This document shows positions 39,516 to 52,280 of a DNA stretch of 64,000 nt, piece after piece. Each line of letters starts with the position of its first letter. Position 1 is the stretch's first letter. The notes under the pieces are model-generated. The model saw nothing but the letters and a program-made list of their open reading frames with translations, was not told the DNA's origin and ran no database searches. The DNA comes from Octopus vulgaris. Taxonomy: Eukaryota. The translations under genes were made by a program, and so were the position numbers. The DNA is taken from NCBI GenBank assembly GCA_951406725.2, contig OX597820.1, positions 62,248,001-62,312,000 of the forward strand. The letters run 5' to 3'.

Positions 39516-40028
39516 TCTATATATATAAAACTGTAGTTGTGTGAGTGTCTGTCCCCTTCGATTTAGATTCCTAACTCCTCCCACATTTTGCGGTGCAGTT
39601 TAACCAAATTCGGGTATCTTATAGTCGTGATTAATATCGAGCCCGTCTGGTTATTAGCGCGCGTCTACGATGAGTCTACGATTTTAAAAATAATTTAACA
39701 TCATTTTTTATTCCATTTTAATGCATAATTTTTCGTGTGTCGATGGCGGCGGAGTTGGCGTCCACGCTCACAGCTGCACCTGTTTGCTTCTCCCCCTTCT
39801 TCCCTCCCTCGTGAAGCTGTGGGGAAGGGAGTTTAAGGAAATCAACGTCGTAATGCGTTGTCAAGGAGACCAGCGTTCTTTTAGAACAACGACTTATTGG
39901 CTTGAAGACACCAAAACAGAAATGGCTAAGAAAGCCCGAATTGGCATCTATAAGGGAAGTAACTCTCTAAAAATGCTTATATAGTTATTTCCCTTACAAA
40001 CCCAAGCAACGCCGGGCGATACTGCTAG
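39516..40028 (+). mobile_element. Non-autonomous Helitron
   Basis: 5' TCTATATATATAAAA, 3' subterminal hairpin cccaagcaacgccggg then CTAG. Inserted between A and T, no TSD. Confidence 0.8.
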
Positions 40029-40449
40029 TTGGAAATAATTATAGGAACAGAATTTGAAGGAAACTCAAATGATAGGCAATTGGTGGAATCCACAGTTAGA
40101 GTCTATTACCGACTGAAACAGAGAGGTTTGGTTATTTGCGCCTTCGCAGAAACTATTCACGGATTCTTTTGACTGTAACATGCGGCAGATTCATAAAGTC
40201 GTTAGACTTTCAGAGAAGATGTCCTGCGACATTGCATCTAGATCTTTAGATTCGGTGTTCAAATTGTACCAACGTCAAATTTGCCTCTTATCTCTTCGTG
40301 TTCCTCGAGGTTGATAATATAATTGATCAGTGAAGTACTGGTGGCCATATAATCCATATTATCGACTCCCTACTACCTCAAATTTCACATACTGTATGCC
40401 AGCTAGAAACAGTTATAAGACGATGGATGTGTAGAATTCCTATGCCACC

Positions 40450-41895
40450 TTACAGTATATGTTATCTTCTTTTTATTTCTGATTTGTAATAGTTTTCTAG
40501 GAGTATAACGCCTCTACTACCTTCCATACGTTGTATATATAACCTTTCTATGTCAGAATTTGGGTGGTGCATCCTAAATCCTGTGATTATTTTTCTTGTT
40601 TTTCTGTCTGTTTTGATCAGTTCATTTAGGGTGCAGTTAAGGAGATTGCAGCTGTGACGGCTAGAGTGTTGATACCTATTCTCTTGTTTTTGGCATTGAG
40701 CTCAATTTTCATTTTTAATTTAACATGTCTATCTTCTCTTTCCTTTGTGTGTGGTGCATCGTATCTAGTTCATTGATTCCTAAGCATTAGCATGTGTGGC
40801 TTTGGTCTAATTCTCTTATTTCACTTGCTTTATCTAGTGTGATGTTGCTACTCTCAACTAGTTTTTCTCTTTTCAATGTTGCTTTGCCGCAGTTTTCTAA
40901 GCCAAATTTCATGTTTATTTTTTTGGTAAACCCACGTACTGTCCGTAGTAATGTCTCCAGCTGATTATCATTTGTAGCGTACAGTTTTAGATCATTCATA
41001 CAAGAAGTGGTTAATTGTTTTACCGTAACAGTTTTATCCGCATCCAGTTCTGTTTAGCATGTCAGATAAAGGGATCTACCAAGCAGAAAAGGAGTGGAGA
41101 GCATATATCTCCCTGGAATATTCCTCTTCTAATGGGGATGGCTTTGGTTTTTATGAGTCTTTCTTTTGTCTGAAGCTGTAACACTGTCTGCTGTTTATTC
41201 GTGGAATGTTTTATATATTTTATAATTATTGGTGCTATCTTGTTCATCGCTAGTGTTTCCAGGATCCATGTATAGGGAATACTATCAAAAGCCTTTCGGT
41301 AATCAATCCAGGCCTTACTTAGACTCTTCTTCTTTCTGTAGCCGTCTTCAGTTATGGCTTTATTGATCAGTAGCTGATCTATCTTTACAGCCGTATGCTC
41401 TTGCAGCATCCCTTCTGCTCTTCTGGAAACAGGTTATTTTCTTCCAGATGCTTGTTCATTCTCAGCGATATTATTGCATTAAAGGCTTTGTAAGTCGTTG
41501 GGAGACAAGTTATCGATCTGTAATTTTGGGGGTTTGCCGTTTCAGGGGATTTAGGAATTAAGATAGTTTTCCTTTTCGCGAGCCATTCAGGCATTGTCTC
41601 TGACTCTGCAAGCATTTCATTATATTTCCCAGCCAGCGTTTTATGCGTTTCTCTCAGGTATTTTAACTAGAAGTTAGAGATTTTATGGTGCCCGGGTGAC
41701 TTCCAGATGCTAGGTTTTTGCAGTGTTAGGGTGATTTCTTTAGGTGTTATAGAGATCCAGAGTTGTTCAGTCACTGAGTTCGGTGTTTTGATAGATCATA
41801 TTCTTTTCAAAATTCTTCCACTTCTGCTGTTGATGTCTATTTCATTTTTGACAAGTTCTTGGTAGAATCTTTTGGGTTTGGAGTTGACCTGTTTG
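40450..41895 (-). mobile_element. R4/Dong-like LINE RT fragment
   Basis: WKSPG, PEWLAKRKTILIPK..NYRSITCLPT, EEQKGC, DQLLINKAI, WIDYRKAFDSIPY, RGIFQGDICSPLLFC, MNDLKLY, MKFGLENC. Confidence 0.88.
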
Positions 41896-42096
41896 TATCA
41901 TAAAGGATGATTGGCCCACTTCTGTTGACCAGTCTGGGACGAAGGACTGGTAGTTTTTCATTCATTCTGGCAATTTCATGGCAATATATTTCTACAGTTA
42001 TGGTTTTTACGGGTTTTAAGATGTTATGGTGGATGCGTCCACCAGTACGCCACCAAACAGTCACCATAATTTTCTCTTTGCAGAACTCGGGTTTAG
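41896..42096 (-). mobile_element. Mariner transposase internal fragment
   Basis: KIMVTVWW..GRIHHNILKPVKTITVEIYC..LVNRSGPIILYD. Confidence 0.8.
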
Positions 42097-42204
42097 GGAA
42101 GTTAACGTGCAAGTGGCTGAGCATTCCACAGACACGTAGTTCTCGGGAAGATTCAGCGTGACACAGAGTGTGACAAGACCGGCCCTTTGAAATACAGGTA
42201 CACA

Positions 42205-42400
42205 TGTATTTGTGTGTGTTTTTGTGTCTTGACAACCGATGTTGATGTGTTTATGTCCCCAAAAGCTACCGGTCTAGCAAAAGAGAACAATAGAATAAGC
42301 ACTAAGCTTACAAAAAATAAACCTTGGGGTCGATCTCTTCGACGAAAGGTGGTGCCCCAGTATGGTGCAGTGAAATGACTGCAATAAATAAAAGACTAAA
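42205..42400 (+). mobile_element. SINE family A 3' fragment
   Basis: Matches the second half and tail of family A. Confidence 0.7.
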
Positions 42401-42970
42401 AGTGTGTATCAATTTTATGACGCTGTCTTAAGAATTCAGTGTATACATTTTCTGCTATTCATTTCCATGCGCATTCGTGCTTTGAATTTCAAATTAATTA
42501 TAATGAAGCTGAAATTTATGATTGGGATTTCTAGAGTATTTTATACCCATGATATTACCTTCTAACATTTATTCTATTATTTTCTGTTAGAATTTCATTT
42601 CTGCGATGCATTGTATCAATTTTAGCTTTTCTGAAACACTTGTATGCATGATTCTGTTCCAATTGTGTAATATCATAATTGAAATATCAACTGAATGTTT
42701 TAAAATCTTAATTAGTCACCTCTTAGATTAGATTTGACACACTTTTGTCTAATCTCTTATTCATTTTCATATTGCTGATGAACTGATGTAAAATCTATTG
42801 ATGTTGCTTTTTTTGTTGTTGTTGTTGTTGTTGTTGCTACTGCTGTTTCGACGCAAGCGAACTGTGCTTCATCATACAAATGATCAAAGGATATATAGTT
42901 CTGACCACTCCCCAGTTTTAGAATTATGATAATTCTGAAACAATTATATCCTCGCATATGTCTTTAAGTG

Positions 42971-43175
42971 AAGGCGCATGGCTTAGTGGTTTGGGTGTTG
43001 GTAAGATTGCGGTTTCGATTCCTGGACCGGGCGATATGTTTGTGTTCTTGAGCAAAACACTTCATTTCACGTTGTTCTTGTCCATTCAGCAGGCATAAAT
43101 GAGTAATCCTGCGACGGACGGGCATCCCGTTCAAGGAGGAAAATATACGTTACTGAAGCCGGGAAACCGACCCTA
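42971..43175 (+). mobile_element. tRNA-derived SINE (separate family)
   Basis: A box tggcttagtgg, B box ggtttcgattcc, then gttcttgagcaaaacacttc and cctgcgacggacgggcatcccgttcaagg. Confidence 0.6.
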
Positions 43176-43937
43176 CACTCTTTGCGGAGCAACGTGGACT
43201 AACAATATATCATTAATACGTAATACGGTAGATTGCTATTTTAGTGAAACTTAGCTATTATTTCCTGCCTGACAGGTGACTGCATAGATGCATACTTCAT
43301 AAATTCTCAAGCGGAGCGTCTGTATCATGCATATAATCTGAAATTATCTATTTATCGGAATTCGCAATTTTTATTGGTTTCATATAACATTTGTTAGTCA
43401 CCCACTGTAGCAGGATAACGTGGTTCCCTGAAAAGCTCCACTTCTTATGGGGATTAAGTAAATTTATTCTTCCCTCTCTAGCATACAGTTTTATTGATAT
43501 TTTCCATTTTGATATACTGCCTTAATAAATACTTTTCGGCAATCAGTCTATGCCATGCTAACATTATCGTTTCTCTTTTTACAAACTATAATAAATACAC
43601 TGTTTACCAATAACTGTTCATTACGTTCATACATTACTTCTGATATCTCTCTGCTCCTAAAGAAAGATGTTATTTTCCAGATGAACAGCTAGCCTGTTTG
43701 GAGATTATAGATGTCAGGGCTTTTATATATTGATGATAAACATGTTATTGGCTAATAAATTGATGTTCTAGTTTAGGAGATTTTATATTTTATTCTAATT
43801 TCTGTGAGATCAACATTTATCTTTCATCTTTTCAGTGATGGTGGTGGGGGCCAATAAAAATCATATCAGTTAAGTATTTCAATCGAAATGCTTCACTGTT
43901 CCCTTCCCTGCAAATCGTAGTCTTTTTCCTTTTATGC

Positions 43938-43974
<37 letters not shown>

Positions 43975-45257
43975 GTCATGTTGTTATTATTGTTGTTGTT
44001 GTTCTTGTTATATTTGAGCCTCGTAGTTTATTTTTTTCTGTTTTGTTTTTCGAAACACGTTTTATCAAAGCAATACCAAAAGGAAATAATTTTCTTCGCA
44101 ATAATTTTACAATGAACAATAATGGCCCGAAGAAAGTCTGTTCTCGATACCCAGGAACAGACAGCAGAAAAGAAAATTTTCTTCACAAACTTTTAAGATG
44201 TTATTCATACCCATTACATTTTCACATCCAAAATGATTACTGCGCATAATTTTCTCACACTGCAAAACATTACAACCACTAGAAAACACAAAAATGTCAG
44301 ACAGAAATAAATATACTAGAGGAAGAGATAAATGAAAACTTTAGTGAATAATTAATAACCGGAAATGTGCAGAAATGTCCCGAGTACTCAAAGAATTTCT
44401 TTTAAGCAGAGCAACAGTAATAAAACTACAATAGCAGTAGCGACTCTCACACAATTCTAAATGCTGTGGCCCGTTCATATATCAGTGGTGTGAAGTCAAA
44501 CCTTCCTTCAATACGAAATACACAGAGGGTATTTTTAGGTTTTTCACAGTCATAATAAAAGTGTGGATTGAAAGATTTTGTCTAACTGAAGAGTATTTTT
44601 CTTGTTACAGGTGCTAATCCAGAAGATAGCAAAGAGAAAAATTACATAACTCTTCTTAAGAAAGGTAGGAGATGGATTTAAAGTTTGCCTCTAGTCTATT
44701 AGTTCAACAAGCTCTCCAGAACTTATCGCGAGAAATTATCTGAAAAAAAAAATGTCAAAAGCTATAATGCGATCTGCTATACCTTTAAACACAACGGGAC
44801 GAGCCAAAACACAAGCTGAAAGTGTCAGAAATCCTTCTGGTAAACTATTTGTACCTCAATACATGAGTAAAATATACACATGAGTTACAAGAAGAAGCAT
44901 GAGACAGGACATATGCCTATGGCTGGTGGAGACTTGTGTCGTAATAGGGAAGTTAGATCAAACCAGGCTTAACAAAAAGTTATCTGTGGTCAAAAGTCTT
45001 CAAATAAACTTATGAGTCATAATGAGTAACAAAGCTATACAGGAACTGTGCCCAGTTGAAGGCTTCGAGAGAAAGGATATAAGTTTAATTATAAATGACA
45101 GAAAACCTAGCAACATACACATTACAGCTTAATACTGGAATTAAGTAGGAAAATTAAGTTTGTTTCTCCTCTTTCGAGATCAGCGACAGTTGGTCACTGT
45201 GAAAAGCATAGAGTATTTTGCGTTTGGAGTGAGTTCTCATCGCTAGCTTGTGATTGT

Positions 45258-45302
45258 CACACGCTGATGACGGGTTACTACTCAGAAACCCGGGTCAGTG
45301 TG
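45258..45302 (+). ncRNA. Minimal type I hammerhead ribozyme-like motif
   Basis: cacacg-CTGATGA-cgggt(tact)actca-GAAA-CCCGGG-TC-agtgtg. Palindromic stem III and GUC triplet; one mismatch at the base of each of stems I and II. Confidence 0.6.
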
Positions 45303-45450
45303 TATTACGTAAGGCTAGAGATGGGAACGATGATTTCCCTTCGCAAATAGTAATGGGACACATAGCCAGCTGGAGGAGATGTCTTCGTGGGGCTATAAAT
45401 AATATTAGCATCGTCTCCTATGGGTCCGTCACATTTAGGTGGCAAATATA

Positions 45451-45558
<108 letters not shown>

Positions 45559-46809
45559 GTCTGTCTGTCTGTCTATATACATATATACACACATATACAT
45601 GTACATATTATATATGTGTATACATATACGCATACATGTATGGCTATGAATGTGTGCGCGTTTATGGGTATGTGCGTGTATATATATTCTATGTGTGTGC
45701 ATGTGTGTTTTGAGTTTGTGCTTAAAGACCATAAATTAACCTTTACGCTATATAAATAAAACAAATCTAACCGTTCTAAATTTATGATAAATATTTAGTC
45801 GGAGACATTTCAATTAAAATTTGAAACCTTTCAGCTAATGGAAGAATTTTTAATGATAATGCATTTTATTAAAAGGAAACCAAGTGGTTATGTTGGGAAA
45901 ATATATCCGCGAAACCAAACTCAAAATGATACTTAACCAAATTAATATTTCTAAGAATGCTAATATAATTTCTAATCGTAATATTATGAATTCTAATGAT
46001 ATAAAGATATTAACTACCATGACAATTTAGAATAGGCAATTGATATTTAATTCCCCAATTAAAATGTCTAATGATGTATTTTCTAATAATCTCAATAAAA
46101 TTACACAGAAAATTGTAAATTCACCGAATGGTAAATTGCCTATTAGTAAAATAACTCTTTCGTCCATTAATACCACGAATGTAACTACTCCTTTACTTGA
46201 AAGCAATCTAGTCTTGTTGGAAAATTAAACCAAAGTGCTACTAGGCAGAAGTTCAGTAAAAAAAAAGAAGATATAGTCCATTACCTGCTCAAAACATGAA
46301 GACAAACGTTTCTCCAGATGCGCTGTCACTTAAAAAATGCAAACGTGACAATTTTAGTTGGTTTAGTCGGGAAAGTAGAATGAATAATCGAAAAGACTTA
46401 ACAGCATAGAACCAGCGTCGATTGCAGGTGTGCTGCCATCTTTTAGCACCATTAACAATATTACTACTGATAATAATGATATTTTATAGAAAAATAATAA
46501 AAATAATAACCATATAAAGAATTAATAAAGATGAAAACTAAAGAGAAAACGTCATCTGTAATAAGAATTTTGCTGACTCCAAACATAACAAATAAGTCTC
46601 GGTGTATTAATAGAGAAGAAGAAAATTGCATTTTAAAAGATATTATCAACGTAAAAATATATATTATATAAATGAATTGTTAAAACACGAAATTCTCTTA
46701 AAGTTTAAAGCGGATCTAATGCAAATTTACCAGAAAACAACAAACATACATAAAACTTTTTATTCACATTACCACTCATTTTTTTAAATATAAAGCATAA
46801 GTAATGAAC

Positions 46810-47135
46810 AGGTGCAGACATGGCCGTGTGTGTGTTCATTTGTAACCATGTGGTTTCTAATTCAGTTCCACAGTAGAGCAACTTCAGCAAATGCTTTCTA
46901 CTATAGCCTTAGGCCGACAAGCTTATTGGTGAACGGAAAGCCTCCGGGATCCCGTCTTGTATTCATATAGGAGTGCTTGTGTTTATGCCCCCTAACTGAG
47001 CCGTTCATCAAAAGAGCCCGACAGAATAAGGACCACACTTCAAAATAAGTACTGGAGTCGATTTGTTTGACAAAACTGTTCGAGGTAGTGCCTCAGATAA
47101 CCATATTCCATTGATGAAAAAGAAGTAAAAGATAA
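46810..47135 (+). mobile_element. Degenerate SINE family A
   Basis: Colinear divergent match to 11726-12146. Confidence 0.65.
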
Positions 47136-47164
47136 AAGGTTATGAATGGGGGAATATTTTATAA

Positions 47165-47548
47165 TTTCGTTTACTTACATTATTTACATCATTTAAATTT
47201 GACGGATATTTGTCCTCATATTAAGGTAGTTTTATGTTGTTGTTGTTGCTGTTGTTGTTGTTGTTGTTATTATTATTATTATTATTATTATGATTATTAT
47301 TATTATTCAGGTCACTGCCTGGAATCGAACTCAGAATTTTGGGGTTAGTAGCGCGCGCTCTTAACCACAACGCCATATGCTCATGGGCTTATGAGAACCT
47401 AGGTTCGAAATTTCTCCAAGACACTTCATGAAGGCTGGAGAGTAAATCAGCCGAAACTTTGTGTCAACAACAAACAGAATGAGGAAAAATATCCGTTAAA
47501 CGTAAATAAAATAAATAATGCACATAATTCCTCACCTTTCAAATATCG
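47165..47548. mobile_element. Family C inverted insertion (tRNA head/(TAA)n arm on -, HHR arm on +)
   Basis: Reverse tail and tRNA head to about 47388, then forward atgagaacc...HHR (47420-47465, core mutated)...cataattcctcac tail. Confidence 0.75.
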
Positions 47549-47669
47549 TTTACTATTTGACATTTGAAATAATGCAATAAGCATCTATATTTAATCAAAA
47601 AGAAATGACTTGAAATTATTAATTTACGTGGTAATGTGTGATGGTGCATAAGGTATCAAAACGGCTCAA

Positions 47670-47845
47670 CCGTTAGCATGTCGGACAAAATGCTTGTCCG
47701 TCTTTACCTTCTGAGTTCAAATACCACCGAGATCGAATTTACATTTCATCCTTTCGGGATCGATAAAATAAGCACCTGTTGAATACTGAGGTCGATATAA
47801 TCCGTCCCATGAAATTGGTGAGCTTGTGCCAATATTTTAAATCAA
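47670..47845 (+). mobile_element. SINE family B (degenerate)
   Basis: cgttagcatgtcggacaaaatgc...ctgagttcaaat...catcctttcgggatcgataaaataag. Confidence 0.7.
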
Positions 47846-49139
47846 TATGTGATGGCGCATGTGAAAACTTGTCTGATGTCGCTAAATAAACAGCTGAGAA
47901 AAATGGCGTCAAAATCAATACAAGATACTTTATATACTACTTGTTGCAAATGTCTATAGCTTGAATACCAGGTGTCATACTCATTTTATGAATGAGAAAA
48001 GGCTAAAGTTGTGAAGGTTTGTTTTTTTTTCTCAGATTTTTCTCAACTCCAAACAATGTTTTCTCAAAAAAGGCGTATTATCTGGATCGCGTCTGTTTGC
48101 CCGAGAAAAATGGCAGATCCTGATCAAATCTACAGATATTTGATAAGTTTAAAGTGCTCTGAAATTTATGAGTCATGTTTTTTCTGGGGTAAATATAAAA
48201 CACCATTTCAATTTTTTCCCTAGATTAATAGTTACCCATGCGTCATCACATATGTTCATGTACAGAAAGATTTTAGAGCAGTTAAATGTAAACGTTTGAA
48301 CTGTGCCAGAAGTTTTGTCTCAGTTTCTTCAGGGAATTGAATTCAAACCCATTTGACAGGTCAATCAAACTTTCTTCATGTCGTATACTGTAGTAGTGAA
48401 TACAATCAAAACAGGTTAAATACAGCACTAATAAAATAAAGAGTTGATTGCCATACAACTTGGATCTATTTGCTAGTCGCACGGCGAAAAGAACCCGGGT
48501 ATCATGAGAGGGGAAAACACCTACACAGGCAATCTTGCTGAAATACAAATTGAACAAATAAGTTGATCACTGGTTTAAAATCATCTTCATTAATCGAACT
48601 CGAGTGTAGCATTTTACATCTTATTTTTCTTCTGTAAGACGTCATTCAAACTGACGGTAAAATTGCAGGTATACACTTGTAAGAGTGAAAAAATGCTCAT
48701 CTGTTCTAAAGCGAATACTTTTTCAACAAAAAGAAGAGCTACTATGTCGATAGCATTGCGTGAAAATTACCTATCTGAATAATATGAAAACTTGCCTGTG
48801 TATATGGTTATCAATGACTGCACTTTTTTCCAACATAATGGGATACATGTTTATTTCGCAACACACTTGAAAATCTGGTTGACAGCTAATGATATTCTGT
48901 TTGCTTAGTGTGCAGCAACAACTCGTCATCTGAGCCTGTAAACATACACAAGATAAAACGAAAAGGACAATCGCAGCTTATGGTGCTTCATTAAATTTGC
49001 ATTAGTAAATAGAAGAGAAAACGAGTCTGGACGAAAAACGTTCTCCTGTTTGTTAAAAGCTTTTGCTTCAAAGCATACATGACCGCATTACTGCTGTACT
49101 GGAAACAAAATATTTTGTGGTTAGTTATTGATTTCAAAT

Positions 49140-49490
49140 TTTGATAGATAGCCTGCAGTTTCGGAGGAATTGAGCACGATGTTCAACTGGGGTTCAACTG
49201 GTACTTACTCTATCAACCCTGAAAGGTAAAGTCGACCTCGGTGGAGTTTGAACTTAGAATGCAATGCCTGACGAAATACCTATTCCTTTACTACCTACAA
49301 GGGGCTAAACGCAGGGAAGACAAACAAGGACAAACGGATTAAGTCGATTATATCGACCCCAGTGCGTAAGTGGTACTTATTTAATCGACCCCGAAAGGAT
49401 GAAAGGCAAAGTCGACCTTGGCGGAATTTGAACTCAGAACGTAACCGCAGACGAAATACCGCTAAGCATTTTGCTCGACACGTCTGTCAG
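49140..49490 (-). mobile_element. SINE family B composite dimer
   Basis: Same junction gacgaaatacctatt..ttactacc.acaaggggctaaac. Confidence 0.8.
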
Positions 49491-49876
49491 TTCGTCACCA
49501 ATAATATCGATATTTGTACATTTGTAAATAGCTATATGTGTATTTTATTTTCTCGTGATTTCCTTGTTTGTCATCTAAACAACAATTACACAGTAAAATC
49601 GTATTTTAGTCAGTACTTTTAGTCATTTCGGTTTTGTAAACAAATTGTTCAAACATAGCGCTACGGGAGGCTAAAGACATTTTGACTAAACTGGGTTGAG
49701 TTGTAGCATACAGACCACAATAACAACACCGAAGCCATTAAGTTTGCCTCTGTGCATATGCTTGACCTACTAGAAATAACAACGATAACCTCTTTTTGAG
49801 GTAAGACAACATATTGCTTCATAATTAATGTTGGCACAGATACACTGAGTTGTATTATATATATATATATATAAAT

Positions 49877-49910
<34 letters not shown>

Positions 49911-49915
<5 letters not shown>

Positions 49916-50653
49916 TTAAGGGTAGAAATTGATATTTATCAATTAAGACCAGTGGTCTAGCATATTAAAAAAGAATCCGAAGATTAAAATATTTATATAT
50001 ACCAATTAAGGACTGAACACGAAAAGTGGACAGTCAACATGCTAGATATAGACGTCAAATCGTCATTCTCCACAAAAGATTATGTTCTCAGATCAAACTC
50101 AACACAAAACCATAGCAATAAACAAGTGAAAAATATACGAAATAAAATAATTACCCATGTACTAACTTAGTTTCAGCTGTTATTTTCCGCAAGGAAAACT
50201 GCAGCCATCATCAGCATGGTCCGTTATAAATGTAATTTGCTGGACTAGATGCAAACACGATACCGAAATATCGCGTGCATGGAGTTCAGCCTATTACATT
50301 TGAATATATCTTTCAAATGCCTTTACTTTGGCGCGTTGAAACCCGAGAAACTAGCCTGCAGCTAATAATTAGCAGCAGTTAATTTATCGGTTAGAGAACA
50401 TATTTATTTATATAAAATTAATTAAGGGTAGAAATTGATATTTATCAATTAAGACCAGTGGTCTAGCATATTAAAAAAGAATCCGAAGATTAAAATATTT
50501 ATATATACCAATTAAGGACTGAACACGAAAAGTGGACAGTCAACATGCTAGATATAGACGTCAAATCGTCATTCTCCACAAAAGATTATGTTCTCAGATC
50601 AAACTCAACACAAAACCATAGCAATAAACAAGTGAAAAATATACGAAATAAAA

Positions 50654-50659
<6 letters not shown>
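49911..50659 (-). mobile_element. Retrozyme/pLTR-like non-coding element: 243-bp direct repeats (506-bp period) around a hammerhead, inserted in (TA)n
   Basis: 49911-50153 appears identical to 50417-50659. HHR lies in the spacer. (TA)n on both sides. Confidence 0.8.
50155..50219 (-). ncRNA. Apparently intact type I hammerhead ribozyme
   Basis: CCATG-CTGATGA-t-GGCTG cagttttcc(ttgc)ggaaaataa CAGCT-GAA-ACTA(agt)TAGT-A-CATGG. All core nucleotides present, GUA triplet. Confidence 0.85.
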
Positions 50660-50719
<60 letters not shown>

Positions 50720-50791
50720 TATGTAAATATATATATATATATCTATATATATATATAAATATATATAAATATATATAAATATATATATATA

Positions 50792-50858
<67 letters not shown>

Positions 50859-51004
50859 GTGGGGTTATGTGAGGTGATGGTGTCAATAAGACCCAAAGGT
50901 GTTAGGTAATGCTGAGTAAGTGCTATGGACAGACCATAGTTAAGGTCCAGGTCCGGTGATTATGCGAATAAGGAGTCCAATGTAGGCCATATATCAGCAT
51001 GTGC

Positions 51005-51672
51005 ATATATAAGTTTTTTTTTCACAATGAGATAAAATTCCAAGGCTGTGAAGATATTAGAACATTTATAAATATAAATTGTTACAGCTGTTTCCGACAT
51101 ATTTTATATATCCCTTCATTGGAGACGGTGTGAGAAAATGGTTAAGCAATAGTTAATATTATATGAAATAGAGAGTGAAGTGGAGGAATGAAAATAGATG
51201 TGAGATGTGCAGGGATATTGCATTTGTAGATCCATTCTTTAGACAGAATGGTATACATGTAAGATTCCAATGCCTTGTGAGTAAATTCCAACAGCATTTA
51301 AAATTGGTCATTCCAAGTATAGAGTTTAAATAAAACCCTCACTTCAATAGCATTGTGTACAAACTCTATACTTGGAATGACCAATTTTAAATACAGTTGG
51401 AATTTACTCACAAGGCCCTGGAATCTTATGTGTACCATTCCGTCTAAAGAATGGATCTACAAATGCAATATCCCTGCATACCAATATTCCTGCACTTCAC
51501 TCTCTATTTCATATGTTATCTAGAATAACTATTGCTTAACCATTTTCTCACACCGTCTCCAACGAAGGGATATATAAAATATCCCGGAAACAGCTGTAAA
51601 GACTTCTATTTATAAATGTTCTATCTTCACAGCCTTGGTTTTTTTATCTCATTCTGAAAAAAATTTATATAT
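51005..51672. mobile_element. Foldback element: about 320-bp inverted arms, 33-bp spacer, each arm with a degenerate hammerhead
   Basis: Arms 51005-51327 and 51361-51672. Motif gtct-CCAACGA-a-gggatat/atatccc-g-GAAA-CAGCTG-TA-aagac at 51555-51603, mirrored near 51082-51127. Confidence 0.75.
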
Positions 51673-51691
51673 ATATATATATATGTATGTA

Positions 51692-51753
<62 letters not shown>

Positions 51754-51785
<32 letters not shown>

Positions 51786-52280
51786 AATTGGCTCAAAAGC
51801 AAATAGCAAGGCCATGTAGGGGGACATGGAGTTAAGTACAGGGTGGTGTTCATGTAAAGAGTTCAGGCCACTTGAGGTCAAGGGAGGCTTTGAACAAAGC
51901 GGTCGTCGGCATCTTCACCATCTCGTCTGGCAGCTTGTTCCACGGATCCGCAACCCGGACGGAGAAAGCTCCTCTCCTTCGATTGAGAATGAAATCGTCG
52001 CAGGTAGAGCTTTTCAGAATGACCCCGCAGCCGACGCTCTGGAGCAGGAGTGAAGAACAGCTCTTTCGAGAGGTTACACTTTCCGCTTATGATGTTGTGG
52101 GCGAGAATGAGATCACCACGGCGGCGGCGTTTTTCAAGAGAATAAAGGTCGAGCGTCCTCAGCCTTTCTTCATAGGACAAATTTTTGAGACCATGAACCA
52201 TGCGGGTAGCCAGCTTCTGGACTCTTTCGAGATGCTGTATGTCTTTGAGGAGATAAGGAGAAGAGGCTTGAATCCCGTAT
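51754..52280 (-). mobile_element. 5'-truncated CR1 LINE with (TAAC)n tail
   Basis: SPYLLKDIQHLERVQKLATRMV..LSYEERLRTLDLYSLEKRRRRGDLI..RGHSEKL. (GTTA)n at 51754-51785. Confidence 0.9.

Noticed and set aside
44611-44664. Candidate 54-nt exon (ttttcttgttacag|...AAG|gtagga) encoding ANPEDSKEKNYITLLK, faintly GH18 chitinase-like
   Set aside because: No partner exons found, and the peptide fits a decayed LINE RT motif (LIPK...NYRPITLL) in its context equally well.
45800-46315. Possible short TIR pair (ggagacattt / aaacgtttctcc)
   Set aside because: Match too short and no TSD identified.
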